A stretch of DNA of 64,000 nucleotides from a virus (IMGVR_UViG_3300034104_004745:1-64000), one strand, 5' to 3'; counted from the first letter of the stretch, positions 36,641 through 46,068 are shown. Program-made: numbers and translations. The notes: generated by a model from the sequence alone, not told the origin.

Positions 36641-36772
36641 ATGGCAAAAACAAAATCAGCGGGTAGCTCACAAAAGGTGTCTTTCGGGAAAAAAGGTAAA
36701 GGTAAAGCTAAGAAAAAATTCGGACCTAAAGAGCAAAAACCAAAAAGATATAGAGGCCAGGGTAGGGCCTAG
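36641..36772 (+). CDS. Small, very basic peptide (43 aa, MAKTKSAGSSQKVSFGKKGKGKAKKKFGPKEQKPKRYRGQGRA) on the opposite strand from its neighbours.
   Basis: ATG at 36641. The stop overlaps the stop of 36769..37251. Lys/Gly-rich, like nucleic-acid-binding internal proteins. Confidence 0.3.
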   Translation: MAKTKSAGSSQKVSFGKKGKGKAKKKFGPKEQKPKRYRGQGRA

Positions 36773-37251
36773 TCTTTAAGTCTACCAGCGCCTCGATAAG
36801 ATTTCATGTACCTAGGCTCCTTAAGGGAACTCACCTTAACACCCTCAAATTTATTTGCAGCGTGAACAAAATAGGTATTTCCTATGTAAGCCCCACAATG
36901 CCAACCAGATGGTGATTGTCGACTACGGAAGAAGACAATATCCCCAACTTGTAAACTATCACGCTTAATCCTCTGGGTTTGATTCCATTGCTTATATGCC
37001 ACGTTTTCCAACCCTTTACTATAAACATCTTTATACAAACGTTTTGTGAACTGGGAACAATCGATCCCCTTTTCAGTTTTACCACCTAACTTGTAGGGTT
37101 TACCTAACCATTTTAAAATAAAACTATTTAAAACGGAATCTTCAACAAAAACCCCGGAATCAAATTTCTCTAAAGGTACTTGAGCAATTGATGTTGCTGA
37201 TAATAATAGTGATCCAATCACTAAAATTAATTTTAATTTGTTTTTTCTCAT
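36769..37251 (-). CDS. Secreted NlpC/P60 (C40) cell-wall peptidase, a candidate endolysin.
   Basis: Signal peptide MRKNKLKLILVIGSLLLSATSIAQ. Catalytic Cys in GIDCSQF and His in HCGAYIG. Confidence 0.7.
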   Translation of the reverse strand: MRKNKLKLILVIGSLLLSATSIAQVPLEKFDSGVFVEDSVLNSFILKWLGKPYKLGGKTEKGIDCSQFTKRLYKDVYSKGLENVAYKQWNQTQRIKRDSLQVGDIVFFRSRQSPSGWHCGAYIGNTYFVHAANKFEGVKVSSLKEPRYMKSYRGAGRLKD

Positions 37252-37556
37252 ATTAAACTTAATAGATAGTAAGAAAGTTTGTAACCAGTAAATGCACCTA
37301 AAGCAGATGGGATTGGAAATACAATCATCTTACCTAAATCAGTGACATACTTGGGTCTGTTAACAATCTTACCCATAAAAAAATAATAGGTTAAATAACC
37401 TATTATTACTGCGATATCAGTTCTTGTTGCTATGAACACAACTAGGGTTGCACCGATAAATCCAAATGTAAAGTTATCTCGGACCCCTTCCCAAATTTCA
37501 AACCAGGTGGCGTCTTTCCATTCTTTATATATTTTTTTTGATTTATTTTTCACCAT
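37248..37556 (-). CDS. Holin-like membrane protein (about 100 aa, 2-3 TM segments), overlapping the endolysin gene by 4 nt. The ATG start is at 37556; the track starts at a TTG.
   Basis: Position immediately upstream of the endolysin gene, TM segments, and a charged N-terminus. Confidence 0.5.
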   Translation of the reverse strand: MVKNKSKKIYKEWKDATWFEIWEGVRDNFTFGFIGATLVVFIATRTDIAVIIGYLTYYFFMGKIVNRPKYVTDLGKMIVFPIPSALGAFTGYKLSYYLLSLI

Positions 37557-37668
37557 CAAACCTCCCTAACTCTTGTTGTAAAAGTTGTATTCTTAACTTA
37601 TCTTTTTGTGTGATAAGTTTCTTCGATTTTAATTCTAAAATCTCTTTAATGATTTCTTCTTTACTCAT
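37543..37668 (-). CDS. Small hydrophilic ORF (41 aa) upstream of the holin-like gene.
   Basis: ATG at 37668. Overlaps the holin start by 14 nt. Possible antiholin or lysis regulator, but very tentative. Confidence 0.2.
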   Translation of the reverse strand: MSKEEIIKEILELKSKKLITQKDKLRIQLLQQELGRFDGEK

Positions 37669-37671
37669 GGT

Positions 37672-37920
37672 TTAATTACTTAACGGTATTTTTATTTTTA
37701 TAGTGATACCCGCACTACCTGCTGAAACATCATATGTGTTCTGTCTGTTATCGTTTATCCAACCATACTTATTAAATCTGAATATGATTACCAATTTACC
37801 TTCAAAAACAGCATAAATTGCGTTGTCTGCGTAATCTATTGATGGATGAATAATGTGTCCTAATTTCCAGGACTCTCTAAACTCTTCTTCTAATTCGTCG
37901 GGTGTTATGTGGATAAACAT
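37672..37920 (-). CDS. Hypothetical protein (82 aa).
   Basis: ORF. Confidence 0.45.
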   Translation of the reverse strand: MFIHITPDELEEEFRESWKLGHIIHPSIDYADNAIYAVFEGKLVIIFRFNKYGWINDNRQNTYDVSAGSAGITIKIKIPLSN

Positions 37921-37921
37921 G

Positions 37922-39052
37922 TTAATTGCTTAATGGCGCTTTTATTGCTGGATGTGATTGATAGTTTTCTAATATTACATCCTTATCACCAAATGAAAAT
38001 ATACCATCCATAACATATACTGTTGGTAGATCAAATGGTTCTCTTTTTATTTGTTCTTTGGCTTGTTCAATATGATTTTTATATAGATGAACATCCCCTA
38101 AGTTACCAATTAATTCATCAGGAACCATGTTCATTTCATCTGCAATCATTTTTAATAGTAAACCATATGATGCAATATTAAAAGGTAGTCCCAAGAATGT
38201 GTCCACAGATCTTTGGTTCCACATCAATGAGATAGCTCTTGTTGGTATATTGTGTTTAATCATTTCATCTTCAGTATAATATTGCGGAAGATTTTCCGTT
38301 AGACCTAATTTTTTATCCATTAAAAGAACTCTTTCAGTTTCATCTAAAACTCTTGTATAAACTTGAAATCCATAATGACAAGGAGGTAAAACCATTTGGT
38401 CTAATTCACCTACATTCCAAGCAGATACCATTAACCTTCTGCTATCAGGATTTGTTTTAAGCTCGTCGATTAGATTTTGAATTTGGTCAATAGTTTTATC
38501 ACCTTCAACGTATGTATCGTTTCCAGTTAATGGGTCTTTCAGTGTGGTTTTAATTAAAGTTTTGGTGTGCCATCCTCTCCATTGTGAACCATATATTGGG
38601 CCTAGCTCTCCCCACTCTTCTGCAAACCCATCATCAGTTTTAATTAGGTTGATAAATTCTTCTTGTGTTAACGGTTCTAAATCGTCTGGATTACTAAATA
38701 ACTTTTCAGTGTCATTATCCATACCCAATATATCTCCACACATATATCCATCAATAATTTCATTTATATATTTGGTATAGTTTTTATACGCGTCACCATT
38801 CCAAATGTTACATCCATTCATCACCAGATACTTGATGTTGGTGCTACCGCTTAAGAACCATATCAACTCAGTTACCATTGTCTTCCAAGCCATCTTCTTA
38901 GTTGTAAGTAATGGAAACCCTTGTGACATTTTATGACGAATTTGTCTACCGAAAACTGAAATAGTTCCAGTACCGGTTCTATCTGTTTTAACAACACCGT
39001 TATCTAAAATGTCCTGTAATAAATCTTGGTATTTACTATCTAATGTGTTCAT
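37922..39052 (-). CDS. thyA: Thymidylate synthase (ThyA family) with two lineage-specific insertions. The start is re-called to the ATG at 39052 (MNTLDSKYQDLLQDILDNG), which aligns with the ThyA N-terminus.
   Basis: The following motifs are present: TDRTGTGT.SVFG, ELIWFLSG.TN, LPPCH (catalytic Cys), LPFNIASY (Asn implies dUMP specificity), GDVHLYKNH and a C-terminal HPAIKAP. There are insertions of about 65 aa and about 30 aa relative to E. coli ThyA. Confidence 0.85.
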   Translation of the reverse strand: MNTLDSKYQDLLQDILDNGVVKTDRTGTGTISVFGRQIRHKMSQGFPLLTTKKMAWKTMVTELIWFLSGSTNIKYLVMNGCNIWNGDAYKNYTKYINEIIDGYMCGDILGMDNDTEKLFSNPDDLEPLTQEEFINLIKTDDGFAEEWGELGPIYGSQWRGWHTKTLIKTTLKDPLTGNDTYVEGDKTIDQIQNLIDELKTNPDSRRLMVSAWNVGELDQMVLPPCHYGFQVYTRVLDETERVLLMDKKLGLTENLPQYYTEDEMIKHNIPTRAISLMWNQRSVDTFLGLPFNIASYGLLLKMIADEMNMVPDELIGNLGDVHLYKNHIEQAKEQIKREPFDLPTVYVMDGIFSFGDKDVILENYQSHPAIKAPLSN

Positions 39053-39407
39053 ATAATCTTTTTTTATTTTCCCTTTCAGTATCGTGTGAGAATATTTCTT
39101 TATATCCAATAATTCGGTGAAATTCTTTGTATGCTTCAGGATGATAATTTTTTAAATGATCTAAACCATATTCATATTCAAATAAGGTTTGCTCATATCT
39201 TTTTTCTTTACTATCCCAACCATCTTCCTCATGTTCTTTATCAATAATTAATTGATTGATAAGATTTTGTAATGAATCTTCTTTACATGTGTTAATTGGA
39301 AGTGGTGGTGCAACCATATTGTCCGGTTTTCTAATTGCAACAAATGTTAAGACTATTATGATGAACGAACCAATAATAAGTCTAATAGCTGTGTCCTTAT
39401 TTTCCAT
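39036..39407 (-). CDS. Membrane-anchored hypothetical protein. The start is re-called to the ATG at 39407 (MENKDTAIRL).
   Basis: ORF with a TM segment. The track start at 39446 is upstream. Confidence 0.4.
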   Translation of the reverse strand: MENKDTAIRLIIGSFIIIVLTFVAIRKPDNMVAPPLPINTCKEDSLQNLINQLIIDKEHEEDGWDSKEKRYEQTLFEYEYGLDHLKNYHPEAYKEFHRIIGYKEIFSHDTERENKKRLYEHIR

Positions 39408-39612
39408 TTTTATAATAAATGTTTTTTTGAATCTGTATACCCGCAAAGAATGTCAACCACCTAAAAGATAACCCAATAGCTGGTGATGAAATTCCCGTTT
39501 CAAAAAACACATCTTCTCTGTAAAAGAAAACTATCGTTGGTATAATAAACCAATGAAATTTCTTTTTATAGATAAAGAAGTCAGTCAAGTATTTTGGTTC
39601 TTTAGTCGTCAT
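39397..39612 (-). CDS. Small membrane protein (71 aa).
   Basis: ORF. Confidence 0.4.
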   Translation of the reverse strand: MTTKEPKYLTDFFIYKKKFHWFIIPTIVFFYREDVFFETGISSPAIGLSFRWLTFFAGIQIQKNIYYKNGK

Positions 39613-39892
39613 AATTCCCAGTTGTTCTTCTTAATAAACGATCTACATCGTCCTCTCTTTCTTTTAATTCGATAATCCGAATGTAATATCCATTAGGATT
39701 TGCATCAGAGTTTTCTGATTTTACATTCTTCTCAAACCATTTACTAAACCATTTACCTTTGTAAGCTAAAACCTGGCATCTTTCGGAAAACTCCTCTGAA
39801 TCAGATTGGTCTAATAGACCCTCACTTACCAATTTGTTTAGTACAATGTCTTTAACCTTGTTGTAATTCTCCATTTCCGCCGTTAAGTCCAT
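39602..39892 (-). CDS. Hypothetical acidic protein (96 aa).
   Basis: ORF. Confidence 0.45.
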   Translation of the reverse strand: MDLTAEMENYNKVKDIVLNKLVSEGLLDQSDSEEFSERCQVLAYKGKWFSKWFEKNVKSENSDANPNGYYIRIIELKEREDDVDRLLRRTTGNYDD

Positions 39893-40082
39893 CTTCTTTT
39901 TGTTTTAAATTTTTTAAACATTTGTATATAACATGACTTTCAATGATTGAAAATCTATCATTGCAACTATCTAATGCTATTTCTAATAGCTTGATAGCCA
40001 ATGTTTTATCCATTTTGTCTAATAGAGAATCTAGATCGTTTTCATCTCTAAATTCCAATAAATCGTTAAATATTGCTGGCAT
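39852..40082 (-). CDS. Hypothetical protein (76 aa).
   Basis: ORF. Confidence 0.45.
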   Translation of the reverse strand: MPAIFNDLLEFRDENDLDSLLDKMDKTLAIKLLEIALDSCNDRFSIIESHVIYKCLKNLKQKEDGLNGGNGELQQG

Positions 40083-40134
40083 AAGGCTAAGATAAGTAAA
40101 AAAAATTAAAAAACCAAAGATAGTATTTATTATT

Positions 40135-40491
40135 ATGCAATTAAGTGTTAATGGTCAAAAGTTTCCAGTTGAGTTAATGTCTTCTCCAGAAGATATCCAA
40201 AAGGGTATGCAAGGTAGAGATAATCTTGATGGTTGTATGGGGTTTAAATTAAAAAAGGGGCACCATACTTTCTGGATGAAAGACTGTTTAATACCGTTGG
40301 ATATTGTATTTGTTTTAAACGGGAGAATCAGTAAAATACATAGGGATTGTCAACCATGCTCTGGTGATGAATGTCAAAGATATCACGGAGCAGCTGATCA
40401 CGTTTTCGAATTCCCATCCGGTGATTGTGAAAGTTTTAAAGAAGGTGATCAAGCTAATCTTTATTTAGGTACAAAATTTAATCCAGCTTAA
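40135..40491 (+). CDS. DUF192 domain protein.
   Basis: GCMGFKLKKGHHTFWMKDCLIPLDIVFV matches the DUF192 core (GLM.R......GMLF....WM.n..ipLDi.F). Confidence 0.55.
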   Translation: MQLSVNGQKFPVELMSSPEDIQKGMQGRDNLDGCMGFKLKKGHHTFWMKDCLIPLDIVFVLNGRISKIHRDCQPCSGDECQRYHGAADHVFEFPSGDCESFKEGDQANLYLGTKFNPA

Positions 40492-40558
40492 GCTTCAACT
40501 TTTAATTTTTTTTCCTTATATTTCTATATAATAAACTATTTATTTAAAAAGAAATACT

Positions 40559-40732
40559 ATGGGATGCGGCTGCAAAAAAAAGAACAATGAACCCCAACAA
40601 ACTACAGAGGGGCAAGCTACAGCAACAGTTGTAACAGATAATCAAACACAACAACAACAACAACAAACACAAGAGCAAGTTGTACAGGTAGCTGTGGCTC
40701 TTCGTGAGATGATTGAAAATAAAGAACTTTAA
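40559..40732 (+). CDS. Small ORF (57 aa) beginning MGCGCKKKN and carrying a poly-Gln tract.
   Basis: ATG at 40559. N-terminal Gly-Cys-Gly-Cys, reminiscent of lipidation or metal-binding motifs. Followed by a weak hairpin and a T-rich tract. Confidence 0.3.
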   Translation: MGCGCKKKNNEPQQTTEGQATATVVTDNQTQQQQQQTQEQVVQVAVALREMIENKEL

Positions 40733-40808
40733 TATATAACGGGCGCCTTTTGGGTTGTCCGTTTATTTTCTTTATTTAAACATATATATAAATAAATAAA
40801 TATTTAAA

Positions 40809-41006
40809 ATGAAAAATAATACTAAACTAACGAGTGTCACCGTAGTGGATGACGTTTACAAAAAATTCAAATTAAAAACTATAGATGGATCTATTAACTT
40901 TCAAAAATTAGTTAACAGAGCAATGGATCTCTATAATAAGGATGACAATTTTCAAGAGAAAATAAATAATCACACTGGGTTATCAAACACCGGATCAAAG
41001 TTTTAA
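40809..41006 (+). CDS. Hypothetical protein (65 aa).
   Basis: ORF at the head of the glycosyltransferase operon. Confidence 0.4.
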   Translation: MKNNTKLTSVTVVDDVYKKFKLKTIDGSINFQKLVNRAMDLYNKDDNFQEKINNHTGLSNTGSKF

Positions 41007-41010
41007 TTTA

Positions 41011-42369
41011 ATGAAGAAAAAAATATTATTGTTATCTGATGATTTAAGAATGTCATCGGGTATCGCTACTATGTCGAAAGAGATTGTGATGGGTACCATT
41101 CACAAATATGATTGGGTGCAGCTTGGCGCCGCAATTAAACATCCTGAGTTCGGTAAAATTGTTGACATAAACGATGATATCCGTAAGAGAACAGGTGTTA
41201 AAAACGCTAATTTAAAAATAATCCCTTACAATGGTTATGGTGATATTGGGGTTTTAAGAAAACTAATTAAGGAAGAAAAACCAGACGCTATTCTCCATTT
41301 CACCGACCCACATTATTGGCAGTGGTTATATGACAATGAGCATGAGATTAGACAACAAGTTCCATTATTGTTTTATCACATATGGGATGATTTGCCAGAT
41401 CCATTATATAATAGAAACTATTATGAAAGTTGTGATTGGTTAGGTTGTATATCTAAACAAACATATGGTATTGTTCATAGAGTTGGTAAATTAGAAAATG
41501 GTTCCACATGGAAACCTTTAGAAAATTGGCAGATCAAATATGTACCTCATGGTATTAACCCAGAAACATTTAAACCATTAGATAAAGTTTCAGATGAGAT
41601 AACACAACTTGTACACGGAGATAAGAAGTATGATTTTGTTCTTTTCTATAATAATAGAAATATCAGAAGGAAACAACCATCAGATGTTATCTATTCCTTT
41701 AAATTGTTTTGTGATAAACTACCAAAAGAAAAAGCTGATAAGTGTTTGTTATTAATGCACACAGCAGCTGTAGATGAAAATGGTACAGACTTACCTGCTG
41801 TTATTGAGGCGCTATGCCCATATGATGTTAAATTCACTGGATTAAAGTTAGAGCAAGATAAGTTAAACGAAATCTATAATCTTGTTGATTGTACAATTAA
41901 CATTGCTAATAACGAGGGATTTGGTTTAACTACTGCAGAATCGTTAATGTCTGGCACACCAATCATCGCTAATGTTACAGGTGGCTTACAAGATCAAATG
42001 GGTTTTGATTTCAGTGAAGATGATTATATTACAATTGGTTCATTACACCACAAGGGGAAATCTAGAAGTTTAGTTCAAGAGGGTGAATGGGTTGAAGCAG
42101 TTTGGCCTGCAGCAATTAATCTAAACGGATCTGTACCAACACCATACATTTTTGATGATCGAGTTAATGATGATGATGTTGCTGACGCTATTATGAAATT
42201 ATATAAAAGCGGAAGAAAGAAAAGAAAAGCAAAAGGATTAAAAGGTAGAGAGTTCATGATGAATAACCTATCAAATAAAATAATGTGTGATAAAATGATT
42301 GAGGGTATTGAAGATACACTTAAGAATTGGGAACCTAAAAAAAGATTTGATTTATATAAAATAGTATGA
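41011..42369 (+). CDS. Glycosyltransferase, family 4-like (GT-B fold).
   Basis: C-terminal NNEGFGLTTAESLMSGTPIIA matches the GT4 E-x7-E region. Confidence 0.7.
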   Translation: MKKKILLLSDDLRMSSGIATMSKEIVMGTIHKYDWVQLGAAIKHPEFGKIVDINDDIRKRTGVKNANLKIIPYNGYGDIGVLRKLIKEEKPDAILHFTDPHYWQWLYDNEHEIRQQVPLLFYHIWDDLPDPLYNRNYYESCDWLGCISKQTYGIVHRVGKLENGSTWKPLENWQIKYVPHGINPETFKPLDKVSDEITQLVHGDKKYDFVLFYNNRNIRRKQPSDVIYSFKLFCDKLPKEKADKCLLLMHTAAVDENGTDLPAVIEALCPYDVKFTGLKLEQDKLNEIYNLVDCTINIANNEGFGLTTAESLMSGTPIIANVTGGLQDQMGFDFSEDDYITIGSLHHKGKSRSLVQEGEWVEAVWPAAINLNGSVPTPYIFDDRVNDDDVADAIMKLYKSGRKKRKAKGLKGREFMMNNLSNKIMCDKMIEGIEDTLKNWEPKKRFDLYKIV

Positions 42370-43625
42370 GTAAACCGTTTTTATTATTTAGAGGGCCGGT
42401 ACAAACTAGAAGTGGGTATGGCGCGCATTCAAGAGACCTTTTACAGGCATTGTATGAAATGAATTCATACGATATTAAAATTGATAGTTGTTCTTGGGGG
42501 TCAACACCACTGACAGCATTAGAGAAAGATAATGTTTTTCATAAGTGGATTGAATCAAATATCATTTCATCATTAGCAATACAACCAGATGTGTATGTTC
42601 AAGTAACCGTACCAAACGAATTTCAAAGAGTTGGTAAGATTAACATCGGAATAACTGCTGGAATTGAAACAACTGTCGCACCTAAATCTTGGGTTGATGG
42701 TTGTAATAAAATGGATATGATTATTACTACATCACAATTTTCAAGTGAGGTATTAATGAGTACTGTTTACAATGAGACAGATAATGTTACAGGTAAATTG
42801 ATCAAACAACATAAGATTGAAAAACCTATAAAGGTTCTTTTTGAAGGTGTTCATAATGACATATTCAATAATGAATATAATGATATTGATTTGAATATCA
42901 ATGAAGATTTCGCATACCTTTTTGTTGGCCATTGGTTGAAAGGTAATTTAGGCCAGGACAGAAAAGATGTGGGTATGTTAATTAAATGTTTTGTTGAAGC
43001 ATTTAAAAATGAAGAAGATAAACCAGCATTGATTCTTAAGACTTCATCAGCAACTTTCTCAATAAAACAAAGAGAAGACTTTGCTAAAAAGATAAAAGAG
43101 CTTGTTGGAAACATTGAGAACCCTCCATCGATTTATCTATTGTTTGGTGAATTAACAGATAAAGAAATGAACAATCTTTACAATCACCCTAAAATTAAAG
43201 CAATGATTAGTCTCACCAAAGGTGAGGGATTCGGTAGACCTTTATTAGAATTTACTATGACTGGTAAGCCTGTGATCGCATCTAACTGGTCGGGGCACAA
43301 AGACTTCTTACCAATGGATAAAGGGATTATGATTGGTGGTAAACTAAATGAGGTAGATGAAAGCGCTATTGACGACTTTATTTTAAAGGGTTCAAAATGG
43401 TTTACAGCAAATTATAATGAAGCCGCTGAAGTTATGAAGATTGTGAAGAGCGACTATCAAAAGTTTTTAGATCGTGCTGAAAATCTGAGAATAGAGAATT
43501 CAACTAAGTTTAGTTTTCAGAGAATGATTGAAGAATTTGAAAAGTTATTACCTAAAACAGTTTCACAAGAAGAATCACCAAAACAAAAACCAATTAATTT
43601 ACCTAAATTAAATAAAATAAAATAG
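42366..43625 (+). CDS. Glycosyltransferase, family 4-like (GT-B fold).
   Basis: KGEGFGRPLLEFTMTGKPVIASNWSG GT4 motif. 4-nt overlap with the upstream GT. Confidence 0.7.
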   Translation: MSKPFLLFRGPVQTRSGYGAHSRDLLQALYEMNSYDIKIDSCSWGSTPLTALEKDNVFHKWIESNIISSLAIQPDVYVQVTVPNEFQRVGKINIGITAGIETTVAPKSWVDGCNKMDMIITTSQFSSEVLMSTVYNETDNVTGKLIKQHKIEKPIKVLFEGVHNDIFNNEYNDIDLNINEDFAYLFVGHWLKGNLGQDRKDVGMLIKCFVEAFKNEEDKPALILKTSSATFSIKQREDFAKKIKELVGNIENPPSIYLLFGELTDKEMNNLYNHPKIKAMISLTKGEGFGRPLLEFTMTGKPVIASNWSGHKDFLPMDKGIMIGGKLNEVDESAIDDFILKGSKWFTANYNEAAEVMKIVKSDYQKFLDRAENLRIENSTKFSFQRMIEEFEKLLPKTVSQEESPKQKPINLPKLNKIK

Positions 43626-43626
43626 A

Positions 43627-43923
43627 ATGGCTAAGAGTAAAACAAAAAAACCGTGGGTGGTTGACTCTATGTTTAGATTAGAAGCACCACAAAGTGCTAG
43701 TTTCATAAGCATACCAAATAATGGAACCTTTAAAGATTGTGAATGGTGTTTTCAATTTGATGATAGTGACCCATTTGTATTCGCATCAACAAAACCTTTT
43801 TATGATGGGAAAGACGCTAAAATAAGTTTCACACTTACAAACCAAACAAACACAAATTTGGTCTTTAAAGACTCTAATACCGGCAAAGAATTTAAAATAT
43901 TCGCAAGAGAAAAACAGTTATGA
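43627..43923 (+). CDS. Hypothetical protein (98 aa) within the glycan operon.
   Basis: ORF with tight coupling (1-nt gap upstream, 4-nt overlap downstream). Confidence 0.45.
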   Translation: MAKSKTKKPWVVDSMFRLEAPQSASFISIPNNGTFKDCEWCFQFDDSDPFVFASTKPFYDGKDAKISFTLTNQTNTNLVFKDSNTGKEFKIFAREKQL

Positions 43924-44543
43924 AAATCAGTTTCGCAATCACAGTATGTAATGAATTAGAAGAAATTAAAAAGTTGGTTCCCTTCTTAATAGAAAACAAG
44001 AGAGCCAATGATGAAGTTGTTATTTTATTTGATAGTAAAAATGGTGATGACCAAGTCATAGATTATTTGTTGCAGTTTAATAAATTACCAAATGTACAAA
44101 CCTGGAAAGGATTTGATTTCAATAACGATTTTGCGGAATGGAAAAATAAGTTAAATGAATATTGTACTGGTGATTATATTTTTCAATTAGATGCTGACGA
44201 ATTAATAAATGAGTATATGGTTAAAAATCTACATGAAATTATCGAATCAAATGAAGAGATCGATTTATTCTTTTTACCTAGAATCAATACAGTAAAAGGA
44301 ATAACCGAAGAGCACATAAGAAGATGGAGATGGAATGTGGATGATAATGGCAGAGTTAACTTCCCTGATTACCAGGGTAGAATATATAAATCTAATTTAA
44401 AATGGGGCGGTAAAGTGCATGAAAGAATTGTAGGTGCTAAGTTTTATTCTTTGTTACCAACAGAAGAAATCTATTCGCTATCACACCATAAAACAATTAG
44501 TAGACAAGAAAAACAAAATGATTATTATGAAAACATTAAATGA
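43920..44543 (+). CDS. Glycosyltransferase-like protein (GT-A/GT2-like, DxD motif DADE).
   Basis: N-terminal FAITVCNE and QLDADE resemble GT2. Weakly supported. Confidence 0.4.
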   Translation: MKISFAITVCNELEEIKKLVPFLIENKRANDEVVILFDSKNGDDQVIDYLLQFNKLPNVQTWKGFDFNNDFAEWKNKLNEYCTGDYIFQLDADELINEYMVKNLHEIIESNEEIDLFFLPRINTVKGITEEHIRRWRWNVDDNGRVNFPDYQGRIYKSNLKWGGKVHERIVGAKFYSLLPTEEIYSLSHHKTISRQEKQNDYYENIK

Positions 44544-45069
44544 GATTTATGAAAAGTATCAATCACCGGAAGGTCATGGTGATAAAGGAACAGCACACAC
44601 ATACATAGATGAGTATGAAAGATTGTTAGCCCCATATAGAAAAAACTCAATCGTTCTTGAAATAGGTTTGTGTGAGGGTGAGTCGATGAGAATGTGGGAA
44701 GAATATTTTATCGATTCAAAAGTTATTGGTGTTGATATCGATAGTAGATACTTGATTAGTTTAATTAACGAGCCTGGACATAATATTATTATTGCTGACG
44801 CAACTAAAAATGATATTGTAGATAAGATTGATGAAAAAATGTTTGATGTTTTAATTGATGATGGTAGTCATAGATTAGCTGATCAGTTAAGCACATTTCA
44901 AATTTTTAAAAATCGAATTAAACCTGGTGGTATCTACATTATAGAAGATGTTGTCGAATTAGATCGAGTAAAAAATATCTTCTTAGGACTTCACAATAAC
45001 GTAGAAATTATCGATAATAGACATATAAAAGATAGACACGATGATGTGTTAATAGTATATAAATTTTAA
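44518..45069 (+). CDS. Class I SAM-dependent methyltransferase (Methyltransf_24/CmcI-like sugar O-methyltransferase family).
   Basis: DKGTAHTY...SIVLEIGLCEGESMRMW (motif I), then VIGVDID. The start is re-called to an ATG at 44518 or 44527. Confidence 0.6.
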   Translation: MIIMKTLNEIYEKYQSPEGHGDKGTAHTYIDEYERLLAPYRKNSIVLEIGLCEGESMRMWEEYFIDSKVIGVDIDSRYLISLINEPGHNIIIADATKNDIVDKIDEKMFDVLIDDGSHRLADQLSTFQIFKNRIKPGGIYIIEDVVELDRVKNIFLGLHNNVEIIDNRHIKDRHDDVLIVYKF

Positions 45070-45072
45070 ATT

Positions 45073-46068
45073 ATGAAAGTATTAATTACAGGTATTGCTG
45101 GACTACTAGGTTCCAGATTAGCAGATTACATCGTTGAAAATCATCCGGACGTTCATATAGTTGGTATTGATGATTTGAGTGGTGGGTATTATGAAAACAT
45201 TAACCCTAAGGTTCCGGAATTTAGAAAATTAAATTTAGTTACAGGTGATTTAGAAAGTTGCTTTGAGGAACATAAATTTGATTACGTCTATCATTTTGCA
45301 GCATATGCTGCTGAAGGGTTGTCACCATTTATTAGACAATACAATTATGAGAATAATTTGGTTGCTACAGCTAGAATAATTAACCAGTGTATTAAACACG
45401 AAGTAAAAAGATTAGTTTTTACTTCAACAATGGCGGTATATGGTCATGGTAATGGTAATATATTTGATGAATCTCAAATACCTCAACCGATAGATCCATA
45501 TGGTATTGCGAAATATGCGTGTGAAATGGATATTCAAGTTGCTGGTGAACAGCATGGGTTAGATTGGTGTATCATTCGTCCACATAATGTTTATGGTATT
45601 AAACAAAACATCTGGGATAAATACAGAAATGTGTTAGGTATTTGGATGTATCAACATATGAATGGCGAGCCAATGACAATCTTTGGTGATGGTGAACAAA
45701 AAAGAGCATTCAGTTATATTGATGATTGTTTAGATGGTTTGTGGAAAGCTTCTCAATTGCCACAATGCTCAAAGGAAGTTATTAATCTTGGTGGAACAAA
45801 ACATTACACGATCAATGAAGCTAACGCAGTATTAAAGCAAGTAATCAAAGATGGTGAAACTGTTTATAAAGAACAAAGACACGAAGTTAAAGCTGCCATA
45901 CCAACTTGGGCGAAATCTGTTGAGCTACTTGGTTATGAAGACAAGACATCTTTATATGATGGTTTAAAAACCATGTGGGAGTGGGCACAGAAACAACCTA
46001 ACAGAGAAAGATTTGTATGGGAATCATATGAATTAGATAAAGGAATTTATAGCTTTTGGAAAAAATAA
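45073..46068 (+). CDS. NAD-dependent nucleotide-sugar epimerase/dehydratase (extended SDR).
   Basis: Rossmann GIAGLLGSRL (GxxGxxG) and catalytic YGIAK (YxxxK). Confidence 0.8.
   Translation: MKVLITGIAGLLGSRLADYIVENHPDVHIVGIDDLSGGYYENINPKVPEFRKLNLVTGDLESCFEEHKFDYVYHFAAYAAEGLSPFIRQYNYENNLVATARIINQCIKHEVKRLVFTSTMAVYGHGNGNIFDESQIPQPIDPYGIAKYACEMDIQVAGEQHGLDWCIIRPHNVYGIKQNIWDKYRNVLGIWMYQHMNGEPMTIFGDGEQKRAFSYIDDCLDGLWKASQLPQCSKEVINLGGTKHYTINEANAVLKQVIKDGETVYKEQRHEVKAAIPTWAKSVELLGYEDKTSLYDGLKTMWEWAQKQPNRERFVWESYELDKGIYSFWKK

Noticed and set aside
37908-37916. A perfect DnaA box (TTATCCACA in the sense orientation) considered as a partner site for the DnaA-domain-IV-like protein.
   Set aside because: It is a single 9-mer inside a coding region. 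One exact match in 64 kb of AT-rich sequence on both strands is not above chance, and no cluster of boxes was seen.
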